A DNA stretch of 64,000 nt from NCBI GenBank assembly GCA_964016885.1, contig OZ024742.1, positions 252,216,001-252,280,000 of the forward strand. Reading direction: 5' to 3'. The notes beneath the pieces are model-generated. The model ran no database searches and was not told the origin of the DNA. It saw nothing but the letters and a program-made list of their open reading frames with translations. The DNA comes from Eledone cirrhosa. Taxonomy: Eukaryota. Below are positions 48,785 to 62,896 of the stretch, piece after piece. Both the position numbers and the translations under genes were made by a program. How positions within the stretch are numbered: position 1 is the stretch's first letter; each line of letters starts with the position of its first letter.

Positions 48785-50464
48785 AAAATAAAAATAGATT
48801 ATTCATGTTATTCAATAAATAATGAAGCTGTTGTATTATTTCCGATTATTTTGAGATTTATATTCAATGAAATATGTTGTTGGATCAACAAAAATTATAA
48901 TTATTCAATAAAATAGGCAGACCAGAACCTGCGGTAATGCTGCGAGTGTGTTGCCTTGACTAAAAAATCTCCCTTGACGCTTGTGGTGTATGACTGATTG
49001 ACGCTCTTGGTGGTGAATTGATGTTTTTTTTCTTCTCTCGCTTTGATATTATATTCATATATTTTTGTGCATTATATTTATAAGGTTCCTAACAATAATT
49101 AATTGTATTTATTATATGTGTTTATATTTTAATTCTGTAAGAAGTATTCATTAAGTATTGTATATGATATTTGTGTCTAGATTTTCGTTCTGTAAGCATA
49201 ATATTATTATATTTATAGAAATAGGGCGGTGGATTGGCAGTATCGGTAGAGGGTCGGACGCCATGCTTTCCAGCATTCTGTAAGGATTTGTAATGATATT
49301 TATACAATTGTGAATACAAATTAAAAAAAAAAGCGCCTCTTAGTTGTTATTGTATCTCATACGCATATATATATTACAGAACCAACAAAACACACACACA
49401 CACACACAGACACACAGACATACACACACACACAAGGGGACTTCTTCACGTTCTCTTAAACTTCTAAAAAACATCAGCCTAATATTTCTCACTCTATATC
49501 GCCTTAAATAAAAAAAAAGGACATATTGAATATCTAAAAAGACAGGATGGTCATGGCTGAGCACCTTTAATCATGTCATCTTGATCAAGTCTGCGCTGGG
49601 TCTAAACAACAACAACCATAATGTATCTTTTCCATTCTCCACACACTTGGCAACTGCAATAAAACCAAAAGAAGATTATTCCCAACTTCGATCAATTCTC
49701 AGTGTTATCGACAATTAGATCTGAGTCGAATGATACGCAATTTGAAAGCCTCCAAAATGGAAAGGAAGTCACGATAAAGCAGGTTTATTTCTTGCGCCAT
49801 GCGAAATTTTCGGAGGAACTGGCAATCTTTGTAAATTGGGTTGCATTATTGATTGAGAAAAGGAAATCTTTATGAGGAAGATCACTTGAATATTAAAGTC
49901 GATACTGTTAAAAATGTGATTTTTTTTCAATCTTCGAAATATTACAACATTTCAATTATGAAACAGAAGATACTATAATCCTTCTGTACTCTAATTTATT
50001 AAGGAAAATATTATGAAAATTAATATTCAGCAAGGAAGATCGATCACAGCAATAATCAGTTCTTCGATTGGTTTGTATGAGAAGATATCTTAAAGTTACT
50101 AAATTGTATTTTTTGTTGTTTAGCTCGAGGTTAAACTTGATCGATCCGATCCACGATCAAAGGTATTCCAATTGTGACCCTGACATCTTTTTTCAGGTGT
50201 AGGATGGCTCAGATGACATAAGCCAATGTGTAGCGAGTAGAATGATTTGTTTTGATGTTAGTTGTGTTGTTGGCTGGAATTAGCCAGTGTTGTGGCGTGA
50301 CAGGCATGTTTGTAGTAGTATAGCTTGGCTTCATGGATAAATGTGAAAGTTAACGAGACCCATGTAAAATGCTTGTGTAAAATGCCGTAGTGAAATGAAC
50401 GATAAACAAGAATCACTACTTTAATAATTATTATTTTTTATTTTTTTTTCTTTATTTTTTTTTT

Positions 50465-50601
50465 TATTTCTACTTTTGGCACAAGGCCAGCAATTATCCC
50501 AGTACATTACTGGTACTTTATTTTATCAACCCCGTAAGGATGAAAGGCAAAGTTAACCTCGGCGGGATTTGAACTCAGACCGTAAAGGGGCGTAACTATG
50601 C
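50465..50601 (-). mobile_element. SINE family A, 3' part
   Basis: TTTCTACTTTTGGCACAAGGCCAGC...GGATTTGAACTCAG. Confidence 0.85.
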
Positions 50602-50950
50602 TAATTATGTTACTTAATAACTTACGACTGATAATATAGGAAAACAAAACTATTCACAGTTGAATTGTGTGATGTGTGAATTGCGAATTGTGTGCATAGT
50701 CCGGGAATATAGCTGCTTCGGCCTGCTGGCCGAGAGGGACGAATGGGTGACTGATTAACAACTAGATTGTTCTGTTTTTTTCTGGAATAAACTAATGCGT
50801 TGTGTCTACTTCGACATTCGAGGGCACAATGAATTTTATGAAACCACAGCTATCTCCCAATTATCTCAGATGACCTCCAGTTGGCCATTTTTTCTGATTA
50901 GCTGGTAACTAGTCCTGAACAAAGGAACTGAATATCTATGTGGCCGAAAG

Positions 50951-51034
50951 GTCAGCATGTGTGATCACGCTGACATACTTAGGTTGACTAAGTATGTCAG
51001 CATGTGTGATCACGCTGACATACTTAGTCAACCT
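50951..51034. repeat. Overlapping direct and inverted repeat
   Basis: 32-bp direct repeat (50951, 50996); 21-bp inverted arms 50981-51001 / 51014-51034. Confidence 0.9.
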
Positions 51035-51171
51035 GGCAACACAGGTTCAAATTAAACCGATTGCATTCACTACATGTGTCGATTCCTTTTTTAAGACTAT
51101 AAGATTTGATTTTTTGCTATTTCTAACAGATCGAACGACCACGTAGAGGTTCAAGCAACCGTTGGGTCGGA

Positions 51172-51250
51172 TTTGCAGTAATGCCAGATGTCGAATGCGT
51201 TGAGAGCAAATTAAACATGCGTATGAGAATGAACGGCCATCGGTTTCGAC
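51172..51250 (+). mobile_element. Possible Penelope GIY-YIG fragment
   Basis: NMRMRMNGHRF preceded by Cys codons; short and frameshifted. Confidence 0.35.
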
Positions 51251-51254
51251 AATG

Positions 51255-51565
51255 AGTGTTCCCGTTGTTCGATCAATGGAACAGGCTGCTCATGAACTTA
51301 ACGTGCAAATAACTGGGAATTTCACAGATACGTGCACTTTAAACGAAAATTTCATGGAGATTCGGCGTGACACAGTATGTGACAAGGCTGGCTCTTTGTC
51401 TATTCGACGGCCCCTAAACAGTTTCCGTCTAACCAATTTCACTTTCATGGCAAGGGTCTGCCCGCTACTATAGTAAATGACACATGCCCAAGATCCCATA
51501 CATATGGATCGAACCTAGAGCCTGATAATTGCGAAACGAATTTCTTTTAACATTCGGCCATGCTG
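51255..51565 (-). mobile_element. SINE family B-related copy
   Basis: GAACAGGCTGCTCATGAACTTAACGTGCAA...GAGATTCGGCGTGACACAG. Confidence 0.65.
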
Positions 51566-51804
51566 CGTCCTATACTCATAATAAAAAGAACATAAAATAT
51601 CAATAAAATATTTAGTGTTATGAAAATGATTTCTAGAGTGATGAATTGGCAGAAGACCCATAAAGCCTGTTTTACACTGTTTAACTGACTCTAATAATTC
51701 TTTTTCTATTTTTGTTTTTTATTTATTTATTTGTTTAACTGAAACATGGCTGAGCGGTGATATCTCCAACAACGAAATCGTTGTTGCCCACCCCCTCCCC
51801 CATC

Positions 51805-52092
51805 ATTTCCGACGACGAGTGCTTCAGTTGCTTTAACAATGGAACTGCCTGCTCGTGGAATTAAAGTATAAGTGGGCGAACGTTCCACAGACTCGTGCAT
51901 CCTTATCGTAGTTCAGGGAGATTCAGCTGCTTTTTGAATTACAGGTATGACTCATTTTTGCTAGCTGACTGACCTGCGGCACCGTGAAATAAAGTATTTT
52001 GCTCAAGGTCACAACGAGCTGTTCGGTCCGGAAATCGAAGTCACGACCTTACGATCATGAGCTCAGCACCCTAACCACTACGCCACGCGCTC
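51805..52092 (-). mobile_element. SINE family B
   Basis: Minus strand head GCGCGTGGCGTAGTGGTTAGGGTG; GACCTTGAGCAAAATACTTTAT. Confidence 0.8.
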
Positions 52093-52436
52093 AATCCCTC
52101 TAATAAATTACAATATATCCCGTACAGTTCGCGTGACCTGGTGGTTAGGGTGTTTGATTCCTGAGCGGTGCAATGTGTCGTTGAGCAGGAAAATTTATTT
52201 TATGTTGTTCCAGTTCACTTAACTGGAAACAAAGTGAGTATCAGCAATTGAAGTTTAACTCTGCGAAGGACTCGCGTTCTGTCCAGGAGAAGTCGTGTTC
52301 TCTCAGTCGCTTAACACGAATGATATCGACATTGTCACCAGTCTGATGAGCCTCTAGATTTTGGATAAAATTGTTTTATAGTTCGTGAAGGTAAAGCAGG
52401 AGGAGATGATGTGAAGATTTTAATCCCTAATAATAG

Positions 52437-52840
52437 TTTTTAATTTAGGCGCAAGACCAAGAATTTGAGAGGATGGGAAAGCTGATTATATTGATCTCGG
52501 TATTTGACTGGCTTGACGGGTACTTTATTTTATCGATCGCGAAATGAGGAAAGTAAGATTTGAACTCAGAACCTAAAGCGCCTTAACTAAATACCGCATG
52601 GCATTGTGTCCAACGTTCTAACAATTCTGCCAATTCACTTACTCTTTTTTTAGTCCCTAATAATAATTTCAAATATGGGTTAAAGGAAAGTCGATGAAAT
52701 TGCCCCCAATGCTTGACTGGTACTTTATTTTATCGATCCTGGGAAACGACAGGTAAAGTTGACCTTGGTAGGATTTGAGCCGAAAACATAAAGAGCCATC
52801 TCTAAATGATGCGAAGAATTTTGTCCGATACTCTACTGAT
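52437..52840 (-). mobile_element. Two diverged SINE family A copies
   Basis: GGTACTTTATTTTATCGATC twice; GATTTGAACTCAG / GATTTGAGCCG. Confidence 0.65.
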
Positions 52841-53466
52841 AAACATAAACACTTTAACATATACTGTTTTGTATCATGAAACCCGGATCGGTTCCAAGTG
52901 GTTTAGTATCAAAAGGATTATCATAAATATATCTAAAAGTGTAAGGAGAGAAATTAGAGAGAAAAAAAATATTGAGAATATCGTGGCTATTGCATCAGAT
53001 ATGTAAAATCAAATATGACTTCTAGAACAAAAATTATGGCATTAAAAGCATCAAATTGGATTGCAATAGAGGCTACAAACAGTGAGAGATTTTTAATAAA
53101 TACTTTTCATCTGAATTCATGTATTATAGTTGAAATCCACCAATAAAATATAAATAAACTCCCCAAATGTTTGACTGAGTGTTATTTTTTTCTGGAAAAT
53201 ATGTTTGCTTTGTTGTGAACGAAATACGTGTTGTTGTTTTTTAGACATTATAATCCTCTAGGCAATTTTAAGAAGTTTAACTTATAAATTGACATATCCT
53301 TCATCACTTACAGGGTTTTTTTTTTTCAGGACAATTAGCTCCCTCCTCTTAAACTCAGCTAGTGATATTTCCAATACATAAAAAAATATCAACGTCGAAG
53401 GTAAAAAAAAATAGCGCTCTATTAGCTTGACTTGCAATTTTATGGAAACTACGTATAATTAAGGTA

Positions 53467-53615
53467 AGGCGGTGAGTTGGCTGAGTCGTTAGAATGTCGG
53501 ATAGAAAGCTTTGCGGTATTCATTTCGGCTCTCTGCTCTCTGAATTCAAATACCGCCAAGATGAATTCGGCGTTGATAAAAAAAAGAGGAAGGATCGATA
53601 CCAGTCTAGTACTGT
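53467..53615 (+). mobile_element. SINE family A, diverged
   Basis: AGGCGGTGAGTTGGCTGAGTCGTTAG head; CTGAATTCAAATACCGCC. Confidence 0.65.
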
Positions 53616-53829
53616 TATCGTTCCTTCCTCTGTATCTCTTTCTCACTTCCATTCTCTCACTCTTTATAAAAATCTGCTGTATTCAGACCTGGAGAGGAAA
53701 TGGGTTCTGCCAGATTTAAAATGCCCTAAAAACACCGTATATAAATACGGCATCCCTAAGACTCCTCCAGGAGTTACGGGACCATGTATGCATGCATAAT
53801 TAAGGAGAATTTAGGAAAATTCCTAAACG

Positions 53830-54045
53830 TTGCAGGCTTTTTAGGGGTGGGCGACAAAAACTGTCAAAACTATTTCTGTTTTAATGAGTTGAATAAATGT
53901 ATTAACAGAGGAGTCTAAATTGATTTAGTTTACTTGGATTTTTCAAAAGCTTTTAATGTCTCACTAAAAATTACTGTTTATCCTCTCGAGTATTTGTATT
54001 TCGGATAAAATGGGTAATTGGCTTAAATGTTTTCCTTTAAACAGA
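53830..54045 (+). mobile_element. CR1-type RT fragment
   Basis: IDLVYLDFSKAFN motif; decayed. Confidence 0.65.
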
Positions 54046-54069
54046 ACTCACAACTTTATGTTTATGTTC

Positions 54070-54290
54070 TTCTTCTTCTCCCTGAGAGGGTCGTGGGAGA
54101 AGAGTCCTAAAACATTCCTTCCAGTAGGTCCTGTCAGAAGCAACCGTCTTCAACTGATCCGGCTGGATCTCCAAGCATAACAAGCCAAGTTCATGGATTT
54201 TATCCAACCATCTTGCTCTGGGTGTCTTGCTGGTTGATTTTTCCCGTAAAATCTGTCCAGCGATTCTTTCCTCAGACATTCTAAACACAG
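54070..54290 (-). mobile_element. RTE LINE C-terminal fragment with (GAA)n tail
   Basis: RMSEERIAGQIL...PRARWLDKI...ASDRTYWK. Confidence 0.7.
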
Positions 54291-55699
54291 AGAGTCACTC
54301 CAGGTAGAGCCGCTATTTCTTCAAATTGAGAGATCACAGCTCCGATACTATGGGAATGTTTAATAGTTATCAAAAAACATCTGATGTGATTTCAAAGGTT
54401 CCTAGATGCAGTCTTAGGCTTAATACATAGTATTAAGCCTAAGTTTGCGCGCACATGCATGGATTATTTTAACGTGTAATTGGCTTCTGCTTGTGCAGTT
54501 CTAAATCTAATTTTGTGCAGCAAGTTTACATTTTGTTTCAAATGCTACATTTGATTACAGGGTAAATGATGGCTAAAATACTTAAAACACTCATAAAATG
54601 TTAAAAATAGTCACAAATGCTTCTCAGACTCAGAGAATATCAAACACTGGATCATGGCTCCTGCTTCAAACATTTGTGCAGTTATAAAATTTACTTAATG
54701 TAAACCTCTGTACTTAGGACATAGCAATCCCCAACAAAATTTAGTAGATACCTAGATTCCGAAGAGATCTAAATACAGTAGGTATTTGGGTGTATTAATG
54801 CGTACCAATATCAATTTTTGGGAATTGCATTATTGTAGTTAGGATGAAAATGACTTGTATGTTCCGATCATTTATTGTTGTTATTGTTGTTGTACTCCTT
54901 TTATCTCCTAGTGGAGACGTAGGGGCGCTATCGGGACACAAAGTTTTAACTCGGCAAAGCACATTCCTGTTCTTTAAGAGAACAATGTGTGTATGAAAGA
55001 ATTCATCCAGTACTGGATTGGTACTTTATTTATCGACCTCGAAAGAGTGAAATGAAAATTTGATGTTGGTCGCATTTAAACTCAAAGAACAGAGAAGTGG
55101 AACAAATACCACAAAACATTCTATTCGATGTTCTAATGACTCTACCAATTCGCAGTCGATAAGATCAATTATAACAAAAGATAAAGAGAGTTTAGATAAA
55201 ATATTCTAATATAATTTTATACCCATATTTAAATATGTCGCTCTGTTGATTTCCTTATTGTAAAGAAAAATATACATACCTGATGAAATCTATTCAAAGA
55301 CAATTTACTTGTAAAATTCCTGAAGTTAAATACATGTATGTTGCCTTCCTTGATCGTTTGATGTAATTGAATCAGGTCACAGAGGAGTGTCCATAGGTTT
55401 GTCAACAGGCTTTGGTCCTCGTGGCTTGGGCTTCAGAATATTCCGGTTGGGCACTCTTTCGTAAGGAGCGTATTTAAGGACGTTTTTGTAAACTCTACTT
55501 TCTAAGTTTCAGGGGCGCACTATTGAAGAGTAAGGGGAGGTGTCAGTGCTGCCCCTTTCCCCGCCTTGGCGACGGATCCGATGGTCTATACGATTGGCAT
55601 ACCATTCTTTAATTTGGTGCTTAAAAAAAAAATTTAGTACAGTAAATGCACGATAATGTATTGGAATTGGTTTAAACAGTTTCCTTCATCAATCGTGAA

Positions 55700-56013
55700 T
55701 GCAACATAGCTAAACGGGTAATATGTTCGTTTCATAATCATTAGGTCTTCGGTTCGATCCCACGATATAGTATCTTGGACAAATGTCATTTACCATAGCC
55801 TTGTGTCAATCGAAGCTTTGTGAGTAAAATTATGAGATTGCTTGGAATCCCGTCGGATGGACTGTACCTGTTATCCAAAGAGCCAGCCTTGTCACCATAC
55901 TGTGGTACGCTGAATCTCCTTAGGAATGTTCAGCCACTTGCACGTTAATTTCATAAGCATGTCGTTACGTTGATGAGACAACTGGAACAGTCATCATCGA
56001 AACCGACGGAGGC
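55700..56013 (+). mobile_element. SINE family B-related copy
   Basis: GGTTCGATCCC B box; CAGCCACTTGCACGTTAATTTCA; ends AACCGACGGAG. Confidence 0.7.
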
Positions 56014-56617
56014 CCATTACCAGCATCAATTAAAATTTGAAATGTTTGGGGATCCAATGTTATTTGAGTTATAACACTTAATAAATTGTGTATTATATTG
56101 GATAAAGTAAATCTAACTCCTTTATGAAATATGAATGATTAGTGATAAATGTTTTAAACCACATTAATAAATAAATTACATTAATTGAATTACCTAATAT
56201 ATTGTATTTCGTATAGGAAACAAACTACCAGAAATGGCATTACCTTCATGATCACACATCCATGTTAATATTTTGTGATTTAAAAATCATATTTTTGTCA
56301 TTATCTTTGTATTTAATGGGAATTCTAGACATCTACAATATATTTTGTGGTTTAATTTACTGTAATTCATTGATTATTTGTTTGTTTTAGTATGTGTGAA
56401 AATAAATTAAATTGAAATAGAAATTTTCTCACTCTCTCTAACTGAGACGTGAAATGCTAAATTTGATTTATAATATATAAAAATATCAAATCCAGCTCAA
56501 TGCTATCCCAAACCAATTAAAAATCAAAACTAAAATTAGGACCTGAAAGCATTTGAACGAAGCCTTTGCAGAAAAGCCCCAACACATCAATACAATTCAT
56601 CGCAAAATACTTTACAT

Positions 56618-56909
56618 CAGGCATGGGCAACCCTTTTCGAGAAGCGGGCCGCATGAGATATAGGTCATCACCAGGCGGGCCGCAAGCGCTAATTTGCATT
56701 CTTGCCCACATTAAAAAAAAGGGCGGTAACTGAGGTTGTTTTGATTTGTTTCTTCAGAATTCGTACAGGTTGTTTGCCTCGATCGTAAACATGATATAAA
56801 GATAAATTACGACTGAAAAGTTGGGGTAACAAAAATCAGAAAGATTTCACTTAGGTGACTTAGGCGAGCCATTCAGAAAACTTCGCGTGCCGCGGGTTGC
56901 CCATGACTG
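56618..56909 (+). mobile_element. hAT (Buster/Charlie-type) MITE
   Basis: TIRs CAGGCATGGGCAACC / GGTTGCCCATGACTG; 8-bp TSD CTTTACAT/ATTTACAT with central TA. Confidence 0.85.
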
Positions 56910-59670
56910 ATTTACATCAATTGATCCAGCCCTCTTCAATATCAACTGATTTATTTGTCACCTTTTTCTTATTTATGCTTCTTTTCGCTTCTGTTCTCTT
57001 CCTTTTCTCTTTTCACTCTCTCTGTCCTTCTCTCTTGTAAGAAGTATTAGATACCTCGCCTAGTCTGTCATGACTTACTAGCTCTATACGGACGTTTAAA
57101 TTGATGAAATAAATATATAAATAGATAAATACAAATCTCCCAAGACATTGACATTTCGTCTGAATCAAACATGTTTGTCAAAATACCAAACAAATCCTTA
57201 TTTCTAAGAGTAAGTGTTCGCCTATACTCTTACTGTCCATGTCATGATAATAAATTAGCCCGTGTTACAATGACCTTTCGTGCGTTCCATTCTTGTTTAA
57301 CACAGAGAGTCGGAAATATAGCCATAAAAATATAAAATAATATAAACGGAATACGAGGGAGTTTCTATGTAATCGGTCAACCTGTTAGAAAGAGCAGCCA
57401 AATCTCCTTCAAACAACGCAATAGATAATACAGCACTCACCGTTTTTTTTTTTAAAGATGAGATGATTACAGGTGGAATGCTTTTTATACTAAGTTGGCT
57501 AGATCATCACCTGTGGTGGGAGGTATCATGCAAGGGTTAGCATTGTTCATTGGTGCATTCTCGGATTTAGAAAAATACGGTTCATAAAAACACGTCTTGA
57601 AATACGCTCCTTGCAAAAGAGTGATCTCCCAGAATGTTCTGGAGCACACGTCTCATGTATATATAAAAATATGTTCAGTTTAAAAACACGTGTATTACGA
57701 AAAAAAAAAAAAAAAAATAATAACATTTAGTTCATTTAGGAATACTTATGTTGAAACAAAATTTAGTTGTTTCGACAATTTAAGAAACCGACGCTATTTT
57801 GTTATATAATAACAAATTATCATTGATAACGGCTTATTTTACATTTAGTGCAAGCTTGACCTACTAGTTTTTATTGCCAAGAGGATCTCAGCAAATTTTG
57901 TAGAATCCTCTTTTTCCCCACTCCCACAGTACTCCCACAGCACTCCCACAGAGAAATCCTTCCTCTTAGCTGTTCTCTTTGCATCAAACTCCAAATTGAC
58001 TTCCCTTGGTAAACCCCCGCCTAATCTATTCCATTCCACCCAACACAGGCCCGTCACCAGGTTTTGCTGGTTGGGGGCAAAGGAGAGGGTTGGTATTTAG
58101 AACATTCTGCATGGACACTCTTCCGCCAGGAACGGATTCATGACGTTTTTTTATATACTCTATTTTCTAAATCAGGGGGTACACCATTGAAATGTTGGTG
58201 GGGGTGATGGGTGTGTGCCACCCAGTGCACCCCACCCCCCTTAGTGACGTGTCTGCCCCGCTAACACAACCATCCTATATACACACACACCGTGCGAAAG
58301 TACTTCCTGTCACTCCAAACCAACAAGGGCACCGGCTCTGACAATACTCCTTCGATGACACTCAACATACCCCAGAGCTCGTTTCTGTACTCTCCAAACC
58401 TTCCAATCTCTCTTTCTCTACAGTGATGTAGCCTGATCTTTGAAAATATCTTACAGCGTGTCCGGTTCCCAAGAAGAGAAACCCCTCTGATCCTGCCAAT
58501 TATTTTATTTCAGCCACTTCCAATATTTCAGAAGTAATGGAGACAGCCATTAACAATGACATTCCCCAACACCAAGGATTTCTCTCAAAATTTCTACCCC
58601 CAACACTGTTTCTGTCAAACCAGATTTACTGGGTATCTAATCTCCTATGTCGGCCAGTATTGGCCTCTAGAAATAAAAAAAAAAGAAATTCGACCGCATT
58701 TGACATGCGGATCTCTTCTCAAAACTGTTTGCCTATGTGCTTCGTCCATATGTCATCTCTTAGATCGGTAGCTTCCTACTAGGTCAAAATATGGCAGCGT
58801 ATGCTGACGGTTCTCCTTCTGTTCTCCAATCTATCAAGTCTCGTGTGCTTCGAGTACCGAATTTGTCCTTCACACTCTTAAAAGAAAGAAGAAGAAAAAC
58901 ATCTGATGTTCAAAACCATTTGAAGAGCATTAAAAAGTCATAAAAATAAAGTTAATGAGGACTGTATAAGAATCTACGCTAAATCGAATAAGTGCTAAAA
59001 TTACTTTGATTTTCTGTAAATATAAGCATCATCATTTGTAGGCCAGAAACAATTATATAATCTTAGAAACAATTATTATTAGTATCATTTATTAATCGAA
59101 TAATTTCTATTATTTTACCTCACGATAGAGCCGCGAGGCTGTTACTCAATCTACTAGAAATCCGGATTCAGAACGAACGAGAGAAAACACTTCCGTTAAT
59201 ATAAATTACGAAATACATTTTTACTTTCTGTTAATTACTAAAGAATTTTAATAACATAAATTACAAAATACAGAACACAAAACTAATTTTAATCTAGTAA
59301 TTAATGAATAATTTTGTCAACAAAATATATAATAGAGAGCACATCTTAAGCTCTTATTCAACATATTTTGAAAGCGTCAATTACAAAATACACAATACAC
59401 ATTTTAATTTATATATTATGGAATAAATACAGTCGGGAGTCCCCACCCAACCCGACTTTGTTTCCTCATTAATTATTAATGAGTTTTTTAAAGGAAATTT
59501 TGCAGAGATACGTTTTCAAAGGTATAGATACGTTATCTATTTTGGGGAAATTATAAAAAAAGGGAATTAATTTATTTATTCATTTATTTTCGCAATTCAT
59601 AGTTGTAGAAATTAAATTACGTTCTAGTAGAAAATCTATGGCATTAACCTGATTCATATCCATTATTAAA

Positions 59671-60043
59671 GGGCGGTGGATTGGCAGTATCAGTAGAGGG
59701 TCGGACGCCATGCTTTCCAGCATAGTTACGTCCCTTTATGATCTGAGTTCAAATCCCGCCGAGGTTGACTTTGCCTTTCATCCTTACGGGGTCGATGAAA
59801 TAAAGTACCAGTAATGCACTGGGTAATTGCTGGCCTTGTGCCTAAAGTAGAAACAATTATTAAAGGGCGGTGAATTGGCAGTATCGGTAGAGGGTCGGAC
59901 ATGCTTTCCAGCATAGTTACGTCCCTTTACGATCTGAGTTCAAATCCCGCCGAGGTTAACTTTGCCTTTCATCCATACAGAGGTCGATAAAATAAAGTAC
60001 TAGGTAATTGCTGGCCTTGTGCCAAAAGTAGAAACAATTATTA
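59671..60043 (+). mobile_element. Head-to-tail dimer of SINE family A
   Basis: Units start GGGCGGTG at 59671 and 59865; each has A box TGGCAGTATC, B box GAGTTCAAATCC and ATTATTA tail. Confidence 0.92.
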
Positions 60044-61404
60044 ACAAAAAATTGGGAGGCATTATGAAAAACGTTACGAGTTTAGCCAACTACAGATACA
60101 GATAGAAAGTGATGAAAACCTCAACGAACAGAAATTATATTCTCGTCTGCAAAATTTCATTTAACAAATATCTATTAATACCTCACATGGTATCAGAAGT
60201 CACCCCTCCCCTCATACTCATCACCCTATCAAATCTCACCACCCTACAACACTTGCATACCCATGATGCTTGCATACCACTTGCATGCTTATCATCACAT
60301 TTTATGAGTGTTTTAAGTCATTTAATCATCATATACTATATAAACACATCTAGTATTTGACACAAAATGTAAATTTACTGTACAACATGAGATTCAGGAC
60401 TAACCAAACAGAGGTCAACGGGATTCTAAAATAATCACTGTTTAGTACTATATGTTTTTGTTTCTGTAGCAAAAAACGCTATAGAGTAGAAAAACAATAA
60501 CATGGAATAACTATCACTCAGAGGTGCTACAAACCATCGATATTTTGAAACTTGTAAATGGGGTGACTAACAGAACTGGTTAAAAATTTCACCAATTCTG
60601 ATTACTAATGAACAACAAATTCTGACACCTTGTAGGGATTATCATCATCCATACTATCATGATTGTCCAATTTCTGACAAATAATTATGCTAAAAATAAC
60701 TAATCAGGATCTTCAATATCGTGATCACTTCTATTTTTGTCATTTATGTTACTTACTCATCCTTTTAAAATGTTTTCGTTATATTTAGTGGGTTGCATTC
60801 CTAAAAAAAAAAAAAATAGGTAAGCATTGCTTACTCTATAGAAATATTAATTTCATTATCTTTAGATTTATTACATTAACATTTTGAAAATGTCCGCCGA
60901 TTCCCTACTCCTACAGAACCTTCCATAAGTCCGGCGAGATGCGATTGTATTCCTCTTTGAGGTGTACGACAAAAGCCTACACCTCTTGGCAATACTCTCA
61001 CGATTTCCTAAAGACCTGCCGCAGAGTAAATAACTGATCGGCTGTACTATGTCCGGGGCGAAAACCACATTTTATCAGCTAGCTTGTATTCGACAATATC
61101 CCTACATCTATTTGTCAAACATTTAACGTAGACTTAACTGAGAAGGCTTAACAAAGAGATTCATCTTTAATTACAGCAATTTCAGAAAAATTGGGATTAT
61201 CACTCCCTATTGCCATTGCTTTGGCGCTTTTCCACCTAGCACACACGAATCAACCAAAGCATACCTTCTCTATTTAAGGCTTTTAACATCTCAGGTTGAT
61301 ATTCATCCTCTTCGCATTAGAGCGCTTGAATTATTCTGGGGACCTCAACTTCCGAGATTTCAGTCTTCCTCTCTAGGTGTACCTCATATATTCAGAACTT
61401 GTAC

Positions 61405-61950
61405 AACCGGAATGAAAGTCAGTGCTGCGAAGATGAAGACATTGCTCCTCTCAAAGAAACCTGCGCAATGTGCTCTGCATGTGAGAGGAATTACAATGAA
61501 ACAAACAGGTCGAAAAGTTTAAGAATCTCAGGGCCGTTTTCACAAGTGATGAAGGGAAAGAAGGTGAATTAAATGAAAGAATTGCAGGAGTTGATTCAAT
61601 AATGTGCCAGCTTCAGCATTTGCTCACCGGAAGAAAGGAAGTAGGTATAAAAGCCAAACTCGCTATCTTCAATTTGGTGTTTATACCTACCCTTACTTAT
61701 GGTCATGAATCTTATGTAATGACCGAAAGAATACGATCGCGAATACAAGCGGCCGAAATGGAGTTCATCCGAAGAGTCTTTGGGGTAACATTATTTGATA
61801 GGGTTCATAGCTCAAAGATCGTGGAGTCGCTACCTCTCCACATCGAGTGATTATGGCTCTGGTACTATGGACATGTGGCTAGAATCTCTAAGGAAAGAAT
61901 TGCTGGACAGATTTTACAGGCAAAGCCAACTGACAGGAGATCCAGAGGCA
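61405..61950 (+). mobile_element. RTE LINE fragment
   Basis: GMKVSAAK, KAKLAIFNLVFIPTLTYGHESYVMTERIRSRIQAAEMEFIRRV, WYYGHVAR, RRSRGR. Confidence 0.85.
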
Positions 61951-62125
61951 GACTTTGGATTTTGGAATATTTTGGAATATGTAATAAATTACTTATGGTA
62001 TAAACTTTTTTCGAACCTTTTCTCTTAAAATCGATGGATCAGTGTGTAGCTACTGTCCCTCAAATATGCAACATTTAAACAATGGAATGTTAAACATTTT
62101 TACACACACACAAATACGCGCACGC

Positions 62126-62441
<316 letters not shown>

Positions 62442-62896
62442 TTGGGAGAGGAAATGGTATATATTTTATCTGGTGATTCTATAGACATGTTTTATGATAT
62501 ATATATATATATATATATATATTGTTATACTTGGGTCATATTGTTTTAATATTGCCAGAAATAATAACAGAACACACTCACTGATTGGTTTGAGTTGGTT
62601 TTCGCTTCTGTATCTTTTATATCTCCATAGTTAATTTATCCGGCAATCAAGTTTTATCATTGATTGACCAACGGTTAAAAATACAGATATAATATATATA
62701 TATATCTAGTCTATCAAAGTTCTTTCGTCACACATCTGTGACATCATCAGTGGTACTATTATGCCCCCCCCCCCCTTGTGTATTGTAATGACTACGCCAT
62801 TTTTTAAAATTTATTTATTTATTTATTTATTCTTGTCTCTGTCTATGTTTGCGTATGCGTATGTATGTAAATATGTATATATATATATACATAGAG

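Noticed and set aside
52343-52375. Isolated CTGATGAG motif, also CTGATGA near 42431
   Set aside because: No stem II, GAAA or stem III arrangement
58300-58860. Coding-like decayed sequence, also 60880-61390
   Set aside because: Probably old retroelement relics, but no motif could be assigned by eye
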